Below are positions 24,801 to 37,769 of a stretch of DNA of 64,000 nt, piece after piece. Source of the DNA: Azolla caroliniana. Lineage: Eukaryota; Plantae; Polypodiophyta. The position numbers were made by a program, and so were the translations under genes. The stretch spans positions 6,572,001-6,636,000 of the forward strand of contig JBHGNT010000013.1 of the NCBI GenBank assembly GCA_043228905.1, given 5' to 3'. Under the pieces are notes generated by a model, which saw nothing but the letters and a program-made list of their open reading frames with translations, was not told the DNA's origin and searched no databases. Position 1 is the stretch's first letter; every line of letters starts with the position of its first letter.

Positions 24801-27800
24801 GAGGGCATACCATCAGATTTTAGAGGCTCGAGGGCAGAAGAGGAAATTTTGAGAACTCAAGGGCATAAAATAAAATTCAAAAAAAATTGAGGGTAAAAAC
24901 TTTAGAGACCAAGAAGGGTAAAAATATACAAAGCTCAATTCACATGACGAAACCGAAAAATACACATACATGTAATAGAATCATGAAAGGCCCATGCCAC
25001 AATGAAGGAGCCAATTGGTGTGTGATCCAATTGAGCGACATGCTGACCGAACGAGAAGGTTCGCGTCAAGCAATGCTCTGATTGAAGTTATTGATCGTAG
25101 AGCTATGATCCGGTCGACGGATTTCCGACCATTGAGACAACCGATGGAGTTCCGATTGTTAAATAGTTGCCATGGCGAGTGGGTTCACTGTGCGATGCAC
25201 TGTCCTACAGGCGTGCCATGTGTTACCTGTAGGAGTTGTACGGGGCGGTATAAGGGTAAAACACATTGAAGGGGTTGTTCGGTATGTGTAATGTATATGA
25301 GTGTGAAGATGAGTATGTGTGAGCACATGCACAATTATGTGCATGTGACAAGAGTGTAACGGTCTCTTTTGTAATGGTCATTATTTATGGTTACATTTTG
25401 TATTATATAAACCCCTTATGGGGCATGTAATGGATAGGCATTTTTCCCTCTCATTTTGGTGTGTTTGTGTATTTGTCTTTCTCTCTAGCTCTCTCTAACT
25501 TAACCCCCTTGGGAGGGGGGTGAAGCCATTCTAGGCTTCAGCCCCCACCCCAACAACAACCTCTGGCTGCCGGTGCAGTTTGGAGATGAAAAACCAGAAA
25601 AGATAGATGCATCGACCTAGGAAGTCATGCATATGAAGACAACAACATATATAAGGTGTTTTATAGATATGAGTCTATATAACAACTTCAATGAAGAGAC
25701 AAAGGTTGATGTCCTCTGGAAGAAGATCGGGTTCATGTTTGAGAACAAGAACACCGTTAATAGAGTCTCCATCTTCAGAAAGATCGTGAGATTGACCTCT
25801 GGCTGTTGGTGCGGTTTGGAGATGAAAAACAAGACAAGATAGATGCATCGACTTTGGAAGTCATGCATCTAAAGACAACAACATATATAAGGTGTTTTAT
25901 AAACATGCATTTATATAACAAATTCAATGAAGAGACAAAGGTTGATATCCTATAGAAGAAGATCGGGTTCATGTTTAAGAACAAGAACGTCGATAATAGA
26001 GTCTCCATCTTTAGAAAGTTCATGAGATTGAGATATCAGGATAGCTCAAGCATGGCGGAGCACCTGAATGCCGTCCAAGGACTCATCAATCAAACCACCT
26101 CTCTGGAAGTACCTTTAGCTGATGAGGTATTGGCATTGTTACTATTAGGATCCCTTCGGGATAGCTGGGAGACGCTAGTGGTTACATTCGGTAACGCCGG
26201 ACCAGAATGGAAGCAACAATCCCTGGAGATGGTGAAGTTGAGCTTGTTGAATGAGGAAGCTCACCAGAAGGACAAACAGTCCATTTCCGAACCGAAGGCC
26301 CTAGTCACAGAAGGTGACTCGGATAGAGGACAAGGTCTACAGAGAAGTCCACAAAATCGGGACAAGTCTGGAACGAAGTCGAAGTCAAGGGGAAGGCTCA
26401 CATGGTTCTATTGTGGGAAGTCGAGGCACTTCCAAAAGAACTGTTGGCACTACTAGAAGGACAAAGGGGGAGCTGAAGGTGATGAACCAAAGAAGAATAC
26501 GGAGAGAAAGGGCATCTCAGTGATCGCCACATGTGAGGAGGAGGAGCTGCTCATCAGTGAGCAAAACAAGATAAATCTTGTCAGCGAAGAATCGACATGG
26601 GTGGTCGACTCCAGGGCTTCATTTCACTTGACCCCCAATAGACGGTGCTTCTCATCGTATACAACTGGTGACTACGGCTATGTAAAGATGGGGAATGACG
26701 GTGCATGCAGGATTGTGGGAATCGGCAATGTATGCTTGCTGACATTGACATGTTGCAGAATGGTACTCAAGGGCGTACGCCACGTACTAGATATTAGACT
26801 GAATCTAATATCATCCGGATGACTCGACGACGAAGGCTATTGTGGTAGTTTTCGAAACAGAAGTTGGAACTTCTACAGAGGGAGCCTGATTGTGGCTCGG
26901 TCCAAGAAGCAAAATACATTATATGTATTGCATGCACAACTATGTAAAAGCCAGGTAAATGTGGCGCCAACACCGTCGTCGAGCTATGGCGTAAGAGTCT
27001 ATGCCACATGAATCAAAAGGGCACGCATATGGTAGCTGAAAGAGAACTCCTACTGGAGATGAAAAGCGTGCATCTGGACAAATGCACTAAGTGCTTGGCC
27101 GACAAACAAAATAGGGCCGCCTTTCGACCAAGGCCTCTGATTCGGAGGAAAACTGTTTTGGAACTTGTTCACACTGATGTGTCCTATGTGGATGCAAGAT
27201 CTCATTCTAGTGGATAGTACTTTGTAACCTTCATTGTTGATTACAGTCGTAAGTCGTGGGCCTACATGCTGAAGACAATGGATCAATTGGTGTGCGTATT
27301 TAAGGAGTTTTAGGCCCGGACAGAAAGGGAATTTGGACAAAAGTTGAAAGTTGTTCAAACAGACAACAAAGGAGAGTATTTAGGGCAGTTCGAAGAATAC
27401 TGCCGATCTCAAGGTATCCGGCTGGAGTGCATAGTGTGGAAGATGCTGAAGTTAAACGGGCTAGTCGAGAGAATGAACTAGACTACCATGGAAAGAGTTT
27501 GATGTATGCTGTCACATGCAACGTTGCCAAAGATATATTGGGCCGAGGCGTTGATGATGGTTGTTTACATTATAAATAAGTCTCCCTCGTTGCCCTTAGA
27601 AGGTAGTGTACCATAGAAAGTGTGGTCCGACAATGAGGGGTCATACATGTATCTAAAGGTGTTCCGTTGCTTAGCCTATGTGCATGTAGCTAAGGACCAA
27701 AGGGGGAACTTGATCCCAAGAGCTGACCGTGTCTATTTCTCGGCTACTGTGAAGACGAATTCAGCTATCGACTATGGGACGTAGTCAACAAGAAGGTGAT

Positions 27801-28599
27801 TTGGAGCCGAGATATCATCTTTATGGAAGAAAAGACGATTTCTGACTGGGAGTTGAAGAATACTGGGTCGACCTCCCAATCAACCAACTATAGGTTTCTG
27901 GCTACTACAACAAAAACCTGCTCAACTTATTCAAGTTGAGTCGATAGTCGACTGAATCGTACATCAGACAATTCGACCAAAGTCGGATACGAACCAATCG
28001 ACCGAGTAGATTGTCGGGAAAGTCAAAAGTTGGCGAAGGAATAGTGGGGTTAGGCGAGGCAAGATTATCGATAGACACACAAGGATAGATGATTAGAAGA
28101 AGACAGCTAGTTGAACAAGGATCCTAATCCGATTTGGATGAAGAGCCACCTGAAGAGGTCAAACAAGACCTGACTGCTTCAAATGGAGGCAGAAGATACC
28201 CTCTGAGGAACAGAAGGCCCCCCCAGAAATTTCTAGATAGAGAGTATGTATTGTTAATTGATGGGGGGGAGCTAGGAAAATTCGAGGAAGCAAAGAGGGA
28301 TACCCACAACCGAGAGTGTGGATTTTGAAAAAATATTTGCCCTGGTAGTGAAGATGACATCCATCCGAAAAGTGCTGAGCATTGCGGCCAATGTGGACCT
28401 TGAAGTGGAACAGTTGGATGTCAAGAAGACCTTCCTACATGGAGACCTAGAGGAAGAAATCTATATGCAACAACCAGAAGGATTCGTGGAGAAGGGAAAA
28501 GAGAGCTTGGTATACCAGTAGAAGAAGAGTCTGTACAGACTAAAGCAAGCGCTCCGACAATGGTACTGGAAGTTCAAATCCATTATGGACGATCAAGGG
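21820..28599 (+). mobile_element. Degraded Ty1/copia (Tnt1/Tork-like), 3'-truncated, containing the 22364-25558 insertion
   Basis: LTR from TGTTGGG at 21820; PBS TGGTATTAGAGC at 22255-22266; gag (LLLLGSL.DSWETLV), knuckle, protease WVVDS.ASFHLTP, integrase LELVHTDV, RT QLDVK..FLHGDLEEEIYMQQPEGF; many stops. Confidence 0.9.
22364..25558 (+). mobile_element. Non-autonomous LTR element (LARD-like), 5-bp TSD ACCTC
   Basis: LTRs 22364-22681 and 25221-25558 (TGTTACC..CAACA); ACCTC on both sides; PBS-like TGGCACGC at 22686; non-coding interior with GC-rich repeats (~24120-24340) and a purine-rich block; no PPT. Confidence 0.92.
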
Positions 28600-29870
28600 T
28601 GTAAAAAGATTTACACATGGAAGTGTATGGAGAAGACACAGAGTACACGGTAAGTTATCCGGAAGTACTACAATTAGGTAAACACAGAGAATCTGGGAGA
28701 GAGAAAAGTGACTGAGTGAGAGCAGACAACAAAAAATTCAATTACAAAATGCTTAGAACTCAATACATACAATGTGCTAAGTGAGCATTATTTATACAAG
28801 TCCTCAAAAAGACTGACAAAACTACTGACAAGTACTTCAATACTCTTAAAAGAGCCTTTGACACTAACTTCCTATATTAGACCTATTTACTAGAATAAGT
28901 CTAATCGGCACGTATGACGTTTCGAATTGGCTCCACAACCGCTCCACCGGATCCAACATCTGGTACATCATCCGGGTTCGGTATACGGCTTCTTTAGTTG
29001 ATTCGGCACCCGGTTGGGAGCTTAGGCTTATCAACCTAAGTGGGCCTAGCCAACCGGATCGATTCTTGTCTGACCTATTGACTTATCCAGCCGACCTGAC
29101 CCATGTTGAGCTTGCTCGCTCAATACTCCCCCTCAAGCTCAACTCGAGGTCGGCTCCTTGTGTCAACTTCAGCCAATCCCTACATTCAGCTCCTTCTCGA
29201 ATTCTCACTCCTAGCTCGTGCTCTTCGTCTGGTTCGGTCCCGCGTTCCACGACACATTCGGTTTCGCACTCCTCCACCCCTACATTGAGTACGTCTGCTC
29301 TTCAAGCCCTTCTCAGCTTCCTCATTGTTGCAGCATTGGTGCCCCTCGACCCGTCGACTCTTCCGTATCGGTATCGGCTTCGGATGCCTCCTTGTCCGCT
29401 TGACCTTCATGCGATTGAATCATTTGTCTTCAATTTACCTTCCTTCTAGCTTTTGAGCACATCTTCCCATGTCCTGGTTTTGGCCTTCTTCTTCTGGCCG
29501 GCTCTGTCATTCTTGACTCTGCCGCCTACCTTGCCTTTCTTACCTTGGTCTCCCCAATGTTCGGTTGGCTCCGACTCTGACTCGTTCCCTTCACCACTCC
29601 CCTTGCATTTTTCCTCCACTTCTTCAGCCGTCCCAAAATCGAATTCTTCATCCGATTTGGTTTTTCGGACTTCATCTCTCTCCTCCCTCTCATTCTCACT
29701 CCCCCTCAAGTTTGGCATGTCGAGGTGTTGTAGGTCTATCGACAAAGCACATTGATGACCAAGTTTATTAGGCTTCCGACAATCTATTGGAGCCGTGTCG
29801 GGTCTCACACTGTTCCTGATTCGGGGCGAAGCTTCATGTTTCTGTCTAGAGGAGTTGCAATCTGTCATCT
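28600..29870 (-). mobile_element. Ty1/copia 3' end (deleted RT/RH, 3' UTR, PPT, 3' LTR 28600-29125)
   Basis: PPT GAGGGGGAG at 29126-29134 (minus); LQHLDMPNLRG terminus as in the copia at 53390; LTR ends ..CTTTTTACA. Confidence 0.85.
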
Positions 29871-31953
29871 CTGGAGCTACGTGGAAGGAGCGAATATAGC
29901 AGCGCTGGATTCGGCACATAAGGACTTCATGGTATGGGAACAAGGAGAGAGTAGAGTATTGTACTACCTCGTGTCCTATGTGCACGACCAGATGCTTGAC
30001 TACATCAGGGATGCAAAAAGGCCGAAAGAGGGTTGGGAAAATCTTTGGAAGATTTTCACCACAAGTACCACGGTTCGGAAGTTGCCGCTTTGGCAAGAGC
30101 TCAACAGTATCCGGCAACGAGACATGTCGGTCACGGACTACACCACCAAGATAAAGGAGATCTGTGACTTGCTCGGTTCCACCAACGTGACAACAAATGA
30201 AGAAGAGATGGTTCAAATCTGCTTCAATGTTCTAGCACAAAAGTATGGGCTCCATACGGCAGTTTGAACCCGGGAGAAACCATCGTCCTTCTTCGACCAA
30301 CAATCGATGCTCATGGTCGAAGAAAACCACGCGAGTGGGTCAAGGATCACTCAACCAGACAATCGGATGTTGTACTCGGAGGCGGATTGACCCCATGGAC
30401 GTGCAGGACGAGGTCGATCGGCACACAATAGCGGCGACCAGCAAGAGCAGAATCGAAGGCATGAATATAGTGGCGAGTGCAGTTCCGGACCGTCCACAAG
30501 CAGGGGGAGTCAGGGTGGCACCGGAAACCGGCAATCGAAAATCGACATGGAATGCTAGTATTGTGGCAAAAAGGGCCATCGGGAAAGCGAGTCCAGGAAG
30601 AAGTGCGCCGATTCGGATAAGTCTGGATACGGTAAGGCCATACAAGGGAATTGCCAAAACTTGCACTACACAGAAGTATCGAAAGGATCCAGAACCAGTA
30701 AGACTGGAAAAGGGCTAGCCTTTGTGATGAAACACAAGGTGAACTCGATGAAGAAGACTACTTTTGGATCAGAGGAAGTGTGGTACGTTGACTCTGGAGC
30801 GTCTAACCATATCACGAGCCACGAAGAGTGGTTCTCATATCTGGAAAAACCAGAGCAACCAAGAGTTTTTGAAACCGGACATGACACTCCTCACCCAATA
30901 GTGCATGTCGGCGAAGTCCCCTTGAGTCATGTCGTAAAACAAGGGAAGCTTATGAACATGCTTCATGTTCCGACAATCACAAAAAAGCTGGTGTCGATCG
31001 GGCAGATCATCGACTAGGGGATGCAGGTGCGGTTTACACACCTCAGGTGCTTCATTGAGGAAGAGGGCCAGATCATCGCGCAAGGGGTCAGGACAGGAGG
31101 ATGTTCATCCTAGACACCAATGATGTAGGCACCACCTTGTTCGCAAAAGGAAAAAAAGTTGAGTTGGATATCGACTTGTGGCACAAGCGGATCGCCCATG
31201 TCAACTATCAGAGGCTTTAAGACTTGCAATCGAAATAGGTTGTCTTTAGATTGCTGACATTTAGTGGTTGGAAGGCCCAAATTTGTGAAGCCTGACAGCT
31301 CGGGAAGCAATGTTTTCATCGGCTACCGTTGTATCCGTTGCCGGTTTCGTCGTGATCCGGAACAATTCGGCGTTGGGAAACTCATCCTGGACGCCATCCC
31401 CTGCTTCTCCGGATTCGAGTCTGCTTAGATAGTCCGCTACCGCATGCTGCACCCCGGGTCGGTGGAAAATGTCGAATTCAAATTCCTGTAGCAGTAGTGT
31501 CCACCGTGCAATTTTTCCCGTCAGGGATGCCTTCGAGACCAGGTAGAGTAGTGCCGAATGGTCGACATGGAAGGAAAACTTCCTTCCGAGCAGATAGTGC
31601 CTGTACTTTGTGACACTATACACCATTCCCAATGCCTCACGTTCCGTCGTAGAGTAATTCCGTTCGGCTTTTGAGAGTTTCCGGCTTGCGTAGTACACCG
31701 GTCGGTACCATTTCGGCTCCGTGAGTTGCATCAGAACGCTGCCGATTGCTACGTCCGACGCGTCGACGAAGACGTGAAAGCTTTTACTCCAATCCGGCGG
31801 TTGCACCACCGGAGCTTGCGACAGCATAACCTTCAACGCTTTGTAGGATTCCTCCTCCGTCTCCGCCCATAGGAAGGGTACCCTATGTACGGCGGTATGT
31901 AACGGTGTAGCGAAGTCTGCGAGGTGCCGTATCATCCGGCTATGCCACCTTAT

Positions 31954-34900
31954 TGTTATACGTTTTTTAGGGTTAGGGTTAATGAGAATGAGAATGATGA
32001 TGATTGATGACGAAGATAGACATGTTGTAATAGTGGAGATGATGAATGGTATGATGGTGAGAGATCATGAAGATTCAAGACAAGCATTGGGAAGCATTGC
32101 GGGGTGGGGGGTGGTGCCTAGAATGGCTCCACCCCCCTCCCAAGGGGGTTCAACGTTGAGGGGGAGAGAGAGAGAGAGATGACAAAGAGAGAGAGAGAGA
32201 GAGAAATGTTCATTCATTCATTCATTCCCCATAAAGGGGTTAAATAATACAAGAGGGGGTAGATACAAAGGGGTGTAAGCCCCCTAGAGCATTCATATTA
32301 GACACTCACTCACACCTCATCGTATCCCTCCACATGCACACACGTGTGCATGTGTTCACATACATATCGACTCACAATTACATTTATGTTCCCTACACAT
32401 ATACAACATCATCATGATAATATTCGACCCTCACTCATCACACTTGACTCTCCGTACAGCTCGTACGGGGTAACACAATATGGCACGCCCGTGGGAAAGT
32501 GCCTTGCACGTCGATCCCACATGCCTTGATGATGATATTTCTTCGACCGGAACTTCCATCGGTCCTTTCAACGATCGACTCCCTCAATCGGAGTGCTTGA
32601 CTCGACCATCTTTGTTGGACAGCAAATCTTCCGTGACACGAACATTCTCGTTCTGTCGACTTACGAACTTCGTCATGGGTCCAAAAATGTTGTGTGTATG
32701 TGTATCTTCCTTTTGTTGATTTTGTTAGTTGTGTGTGGATCACATCCATTTCTTTTAGGTTGATGAGTTATCGAAATTTTGTAGGTACCCTTTAGTTTAA
32801 AAAAAAACAATTTTATCATGTACCCTCATGTTTTTTAAATCTATGTTTGATGCCCTCAATTTGTTTTTTTCCCTCTCTTTTTTCTGTTTGCTTTCTGCTT
32901 TTTCTGCTTTCTGTCTTTATATTTTTTCTCTCCTGTTTCTTCTTATGCTCTATGTCGTTCATGCCGTTCCTTCTTAGCCGTTTGTCTCAGCTCTAACTTC
33001 CTCGTCTTCCTCTTTCTTTCTGCTTTTGGTTCCCGCTTCTCTGTTCTCTTCCTTTCTCTCCTCTCTTCTTCTTCTTCATTTGCTTCTTCTTCTTGTTTTC
33101 TTCTGCATGTCTTCTTCTGTTCCTCTTCAGTATTTGTCTTGTTCTGCCTTCCCATTTTCTCTTCTCCCCTTCTTCTCTTCTTCATGATTTTCTCTGTCTT
33201 GTTTTTCTTCTTCTGCATTTGCTTCTTGTTGTTTCCCTGCTTCGTTTCTTCTAATTTTTTGCTTCCTTCTCTATATCTTTGTTCCTTTTTCTTCTCCATT
33301 GCTCTCCGTCGGTGTGGCTAGGGTTTCCATTCATCCCTATTCAGTTGTCCATTTCATGTCTCTGTTTCTGTCACCATCGCTTTGTGACCAGCCGCCTCTG
33401 TTCGGACGCTTGTCTGACCACGACTGTTTCAGTCGTCGCTCGGTCCAGCCGCCTTTGTTCCGGCGCCCTTCGAACACTACGACTGCTCTTCGGTTGCTCT
33501 CCGGCCAGCGCTTTTTTGGCCTCTCCTCCATCTCTATTAGTGTCGCTATTCTGGGTGTTGTTGACCGCTATTCCGCTCTTATCCGGCGGCACATGCTTCT
33601 CTATCTTCCCTGTCTGGCGCCTGTCCATCTGGCCCGTGCGGCCATCACTATCTTTCCGGCCTTCGCTCACCATTTCTCCATCTTTCCATCTCTATTGGTC
33701 ACCACTTATTCAGCCACTACTCGGTTGTTGGTTGTCTGGCCGTCGCAGGTTCGGCCACTTTGATGACTGTTCAGCTATTCCGGCCGTTGTCCGGCCATTC
33801 CGGCCGCCTCCATTCCGACCATCGTCACCTTTGTCTGGCGCTATCCGGTACCTGTTCATAGGTTGCCGTCTCTGTCTCCAGCACTTTCTGTTGTCCACGT
33901 CTGGCTGTCTCTGACTGTTTTATCGGCTACCTGTTGTTCGACCCATCTGGCCATCGGTTCCACTCGTTGTCATGTGTCTGTTCGTCCCTTCGTTTCAGCA
34001 TCATCTCTGATCCGGTCGTTCATTGTTTAGCCGCCACTATCGCACCGGTCGGTATTCAGCCATCCTTCTTTTGCCTTTCCGGCCCTTCTGGTCGGTCCTT
34101 CGGTTGCTTCCAACCATCTCCGTAGGTGTCTCTCTCTTCATTTGCCCTTGTCCAACGGTCTCTTTCCACTGTTCGACCCTCGGTTTGGCCGCTGCTTGCC
34201 GGCCTCTCCGGTCTTTTCCGTCTATACCTCGGCCACTGTCAAGCTACCACTCCATTGCGGACTCCATCACCATCTCTATTGGTTTTCGTCGAGTCGAGTC
34301 CGCGTGTGTGTCTCCGGCTCCCTTGTGGTTTTCCGGCTCCCGTCAGTGACTTTCTGCATCACGTTGTCTCGTCTGACTTCTCCGTTTCTGGCTACGTCGT
34401 GTCGATGTCTTTGTCTCCGTCTGGGTTTGCCAGTCGCCTCTGTTGTTGTCTGTCGACCGCGCATTTCGTCTGACCGTTTGTCTGATCTGGTCCGGTTCTT
34501 CGTCTTTCTGGCTGTGTTTGTTTGACTGGCCGTGTCCTTCCGGTGTTGTTGGTTTCTCTGGTAGTCGATGTGTGGTTTGTGTCTGCATCTCCATCTCCGT
34601 CTTCTTTGACCCTTCGGTGTTAACCGACTTGGGTTCTGGTTCCGATTCCGGTTCCGACTGTCTGCGCGTTTCTTCTTCTGGAACCATTGCCCGTGCATTC
34701 TCAGCACATCCTGCCGGTATCCGCTCCACACACTGCGACTTTCTTCGCAGTCTCCTGGTGGGCTTGTCTTTCCGGTTGTGCTGGCACCGGTTCCCTCTGT
34801 GTTGCTGTTTGTCCAGCCGTGCATCTTGCACCACACTTTTGAGAACACGCACATTGTCGCTAACCACTTTCGGAAACACACACATGGACATTAATCGCAA

Positions 34901-35592
34901 CCTCGCACAAACATTGTTGTCATTCATGCATTCCTCCATAAACTTCCTCCAACATCTTCATTGTCATTTTCGCGTTTCGCCATTTCTTGCACTTAGTTGC
35001 TATGGCTTGCACATCCGCGTATCATTCTTCGACTCCGTTTCCAAAGGGGGGTCGCCTTAGTGGTCGCCAAAAGGTGTTGTAGGTTTTTTAGGGTTAGGGT
35101 TAATGAGAATGAGAAGGATGATGATTGATGACGAAGATAGACATGTTGTAATAGTGGAGATGATGAATGGTATGATGGTGAGAGATCATGAAGATTCAAG
35201 ACAAGCATTGGGAAGCATTGCGGGGTGGGGGGTGGTGCCTAGAATGGCTCCACCCCCCTCCCAAGGGGGTTCAACGTTGAGGGGGAGAGAGAGAGAGAGA
35301 TGACAAAGAGAGAGAGAGAGAAATGTTCATTCATTCATTCATTCCCCATAAAGGGGTTAAATAATACAAGAGGGGGTAGATACAAAGGGGTGTAAGCCCC
35401 CTAGAGCATTCATATTGGACACTCACTCACACCTCATCGTATCCCTCCACATGCACACACGTGTGCATGTGTTCACATACATATCGACTCACAATTACAT
35501 TTATGTTCCCTACACATATACAACATCATCATGATAATATTCGACCCTCACTCATCACACTTGACTCTCCGTACAGCTCGTACGGGGTAACA
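31954..35592 (-). mobile_element. Non-autonomous LTR element (LARD-like), 5-bp TSD CTTAT, inserted in the gypsy RT
   Basis: Near-identical LTRs 31954-32475 and 35075-35592; CTTAT on both sides; PBS TGGCGACCACT at 35059-35069 (minus); LTR start TGTTACCCCGTACGAGCTGTACGG is related to 22364; no PPT. Confidence 0.93.
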
Positions 35593-37769
35593 CTTATTTG
35601 GCCCAGGAACCGGCTTAAAGCCTTTGCGTTACTTGGTGCTGGTGCCTCGAGAATCGCCTTGACTTTATCCGGATCTACCGCGATTCCTTCCTTACTCACC
35701 ACGTGCCCTAACAAGTTGCCGGTTGCCACTCCAAAGACGCACTTGGCCGGGTTCAGGCTCAATCGGTACTCGCGGCACTTCTCCAAGCACAGCCGGAGGT
35801 GATCGAGATGCTCTCCGTGCCGGCTGTAGACCGCGAAATCGTCAAGGAATACCTGCATAAAACCGGGGATATATTCCCCGAAAATTTCCATTATTATCCT
35901 TTGAAAGGTCGCTGGATCCGTCTTTAGTCCGAACATCATCACGACCGCGACGAACACTCCCCATTCCGTCACGAACGCTGTCTTCTCCTGGTCGGCCGGG
36001 TTCATTCGTATTTGGTTGTAGCCGCTAAATCCATCCAGGAAGCTGTAAACTTCGTGGCCGGCTACTGCATCTAACACCCCGTCCGTAAATGGTAGTGGAA
36101 ACGCATCGGTCACTGTTGTGGCATTTAGTTTTCGGTAGTCCACGCATACCCGGATTTTGCCGTTCTTTTTCGGGACCACCACTATCGGACTCAGCCAGGT
36201 TGCTTGCTTGACCGGTCGGATAAATCCGACCCGGAGGAGCTTATCAATTTCCTCCTTCACCTTTGCCGCATAATTCGGATTCATCCGGTACCTGCGTTGA
36301 GCAATCGGTTTCGCGTCCGTACTTAGGTGAATTTGGTGCTGATAGAGCTGGGGGTCCAGCCCTCGCATGTCTTCGTACGACCACGCGAACACATCCTTGA
36401 AGTCTGTTAATAATGCTACCATTGCCTTCTTTTCTTCCTTCGGCAATTCCTTTGCAACATTTATCGGTCGGGGCTTGTCTGCTGTGCCGAGGTCCACCTC
36501 CTCGAGTTGGGATGCTTTTACCCTCTGGGATATCGTCATTTCCCTCTCTAGGGATTCCTGCGCTTGTCGCAGTTCCCGGATCGCCGCTTGGTCTGGTTCT
36601 TCCGGCGTCGTAATGTACGGTTCTACTGCCGCCGTGATATCCACCTCAAATAGTGGGACGATTGTGGGTGTTCCTCGAGGTACCGCTCGACTTCCTCGTC
36701 CGGTAATCCCTCCAACATGTTAATGCTTTCCGCATACAATGGAGTTGCTTCCTTACTGGTGATCACCCGTGGTTGCGTCGTTACTCGTACCTTTGTTTTC
36801 CCTCGCTGGAATGTGATCATGTTCTTTTGCCAGTTCTGCTTGATATGCGCCGTTCGCAGCCATGGTCGTCCTAGCAGTAGGGGGTACGCGCCTTGTACAT
36901 TCAGCTGCAGCACCACGGCCGATATCCGGAATACGTGGCCTCCGATCGTTATTTCCAAATCCCGGATAAGCCCGGTCGGTCGGACTGAGCTAGTATCCGC
37001 CATGCGTAACCAGAAGGGGCATGGTTCCCATTCCCGGATGCCCAGGTCGTTGCATGTCTATTGGCTGATGACATTTACCCCGGAGCCTCCGTCAATAATC
37101 GTTCCAGCAATTTCCTTTCCTTTCACGATTGCCGTGATCGCCGGGCTACTTGTATCGACCACCATTGGTCCTTCCTCCGGGTTGGAGAAGAATACCGGTG
37201 CTGGCGTCGGCTTCGGTTTGCTGACGGATGCCTGTAGGTCTGCCGTAAATCGTGGCACTAACTGTAGTAGTCGTGCTAACGGCAGCACGATTTGACAGTC
37301 CTGTAGCGCTTGCCACGTCGGGTTTTCTCCTGGCTGTATGATTTCTTCGTCTTTTGGCATATTTTGGTCTCTTACTTCTGCCGCATTCTGTTCATTGGCC
37401 TCCTTGATCCATTGTGTCGCTTGTTTTCTGATTGCCTCCTTGGCTTCCCACTCGGCGGTCTTTCCCTTTGACCGGGTTGTGACCTGCTGTACTTCTGTTA
37501 TTTCGGCTGTAACCATGTTGACTTCCGGCTGCTTGTCATAGCTTTTGCTTGGGCATTGGTTACTATAGTGGCCTTCCTTGCGGCAGTAATAACAGTAAAC
37601 CTTGTGACTGTTACTCGTTTCTCCTTTGTCCCCGGTTTGGAGGGTGGGTATGCTCCGGCGGTCGTCTTCGGTTTTTCGGTTATCCGGTACCGATACCGGG
37701 TTGTCATTCCTTGCTGCCCCCCGACGTTCCTCTCTTCGGAAAAATCCACGCTTCTGATTCCGTCGGAAA

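Noticed and set aside
23731-24813. Overlapping ORFs of up to 245 aa in the non-autonomous element
   Set aside because: Low-complexity GC-rich or purine-rich repeats open in several frames on both strands, with no recognisable domain.
31964-31981. Telomere-like TTAGGG repeats (also 19788-19806, 23212)
   Set aside because: Only 2-3 units; these are common telo-box motifs, not an interstitial telomere.
32943-35060. Hydrophobic or env-like ORFs in the second non-autonomous element
   Set aside because: Products of strong CT/GA strand skew; no coherent single ORF or motif.
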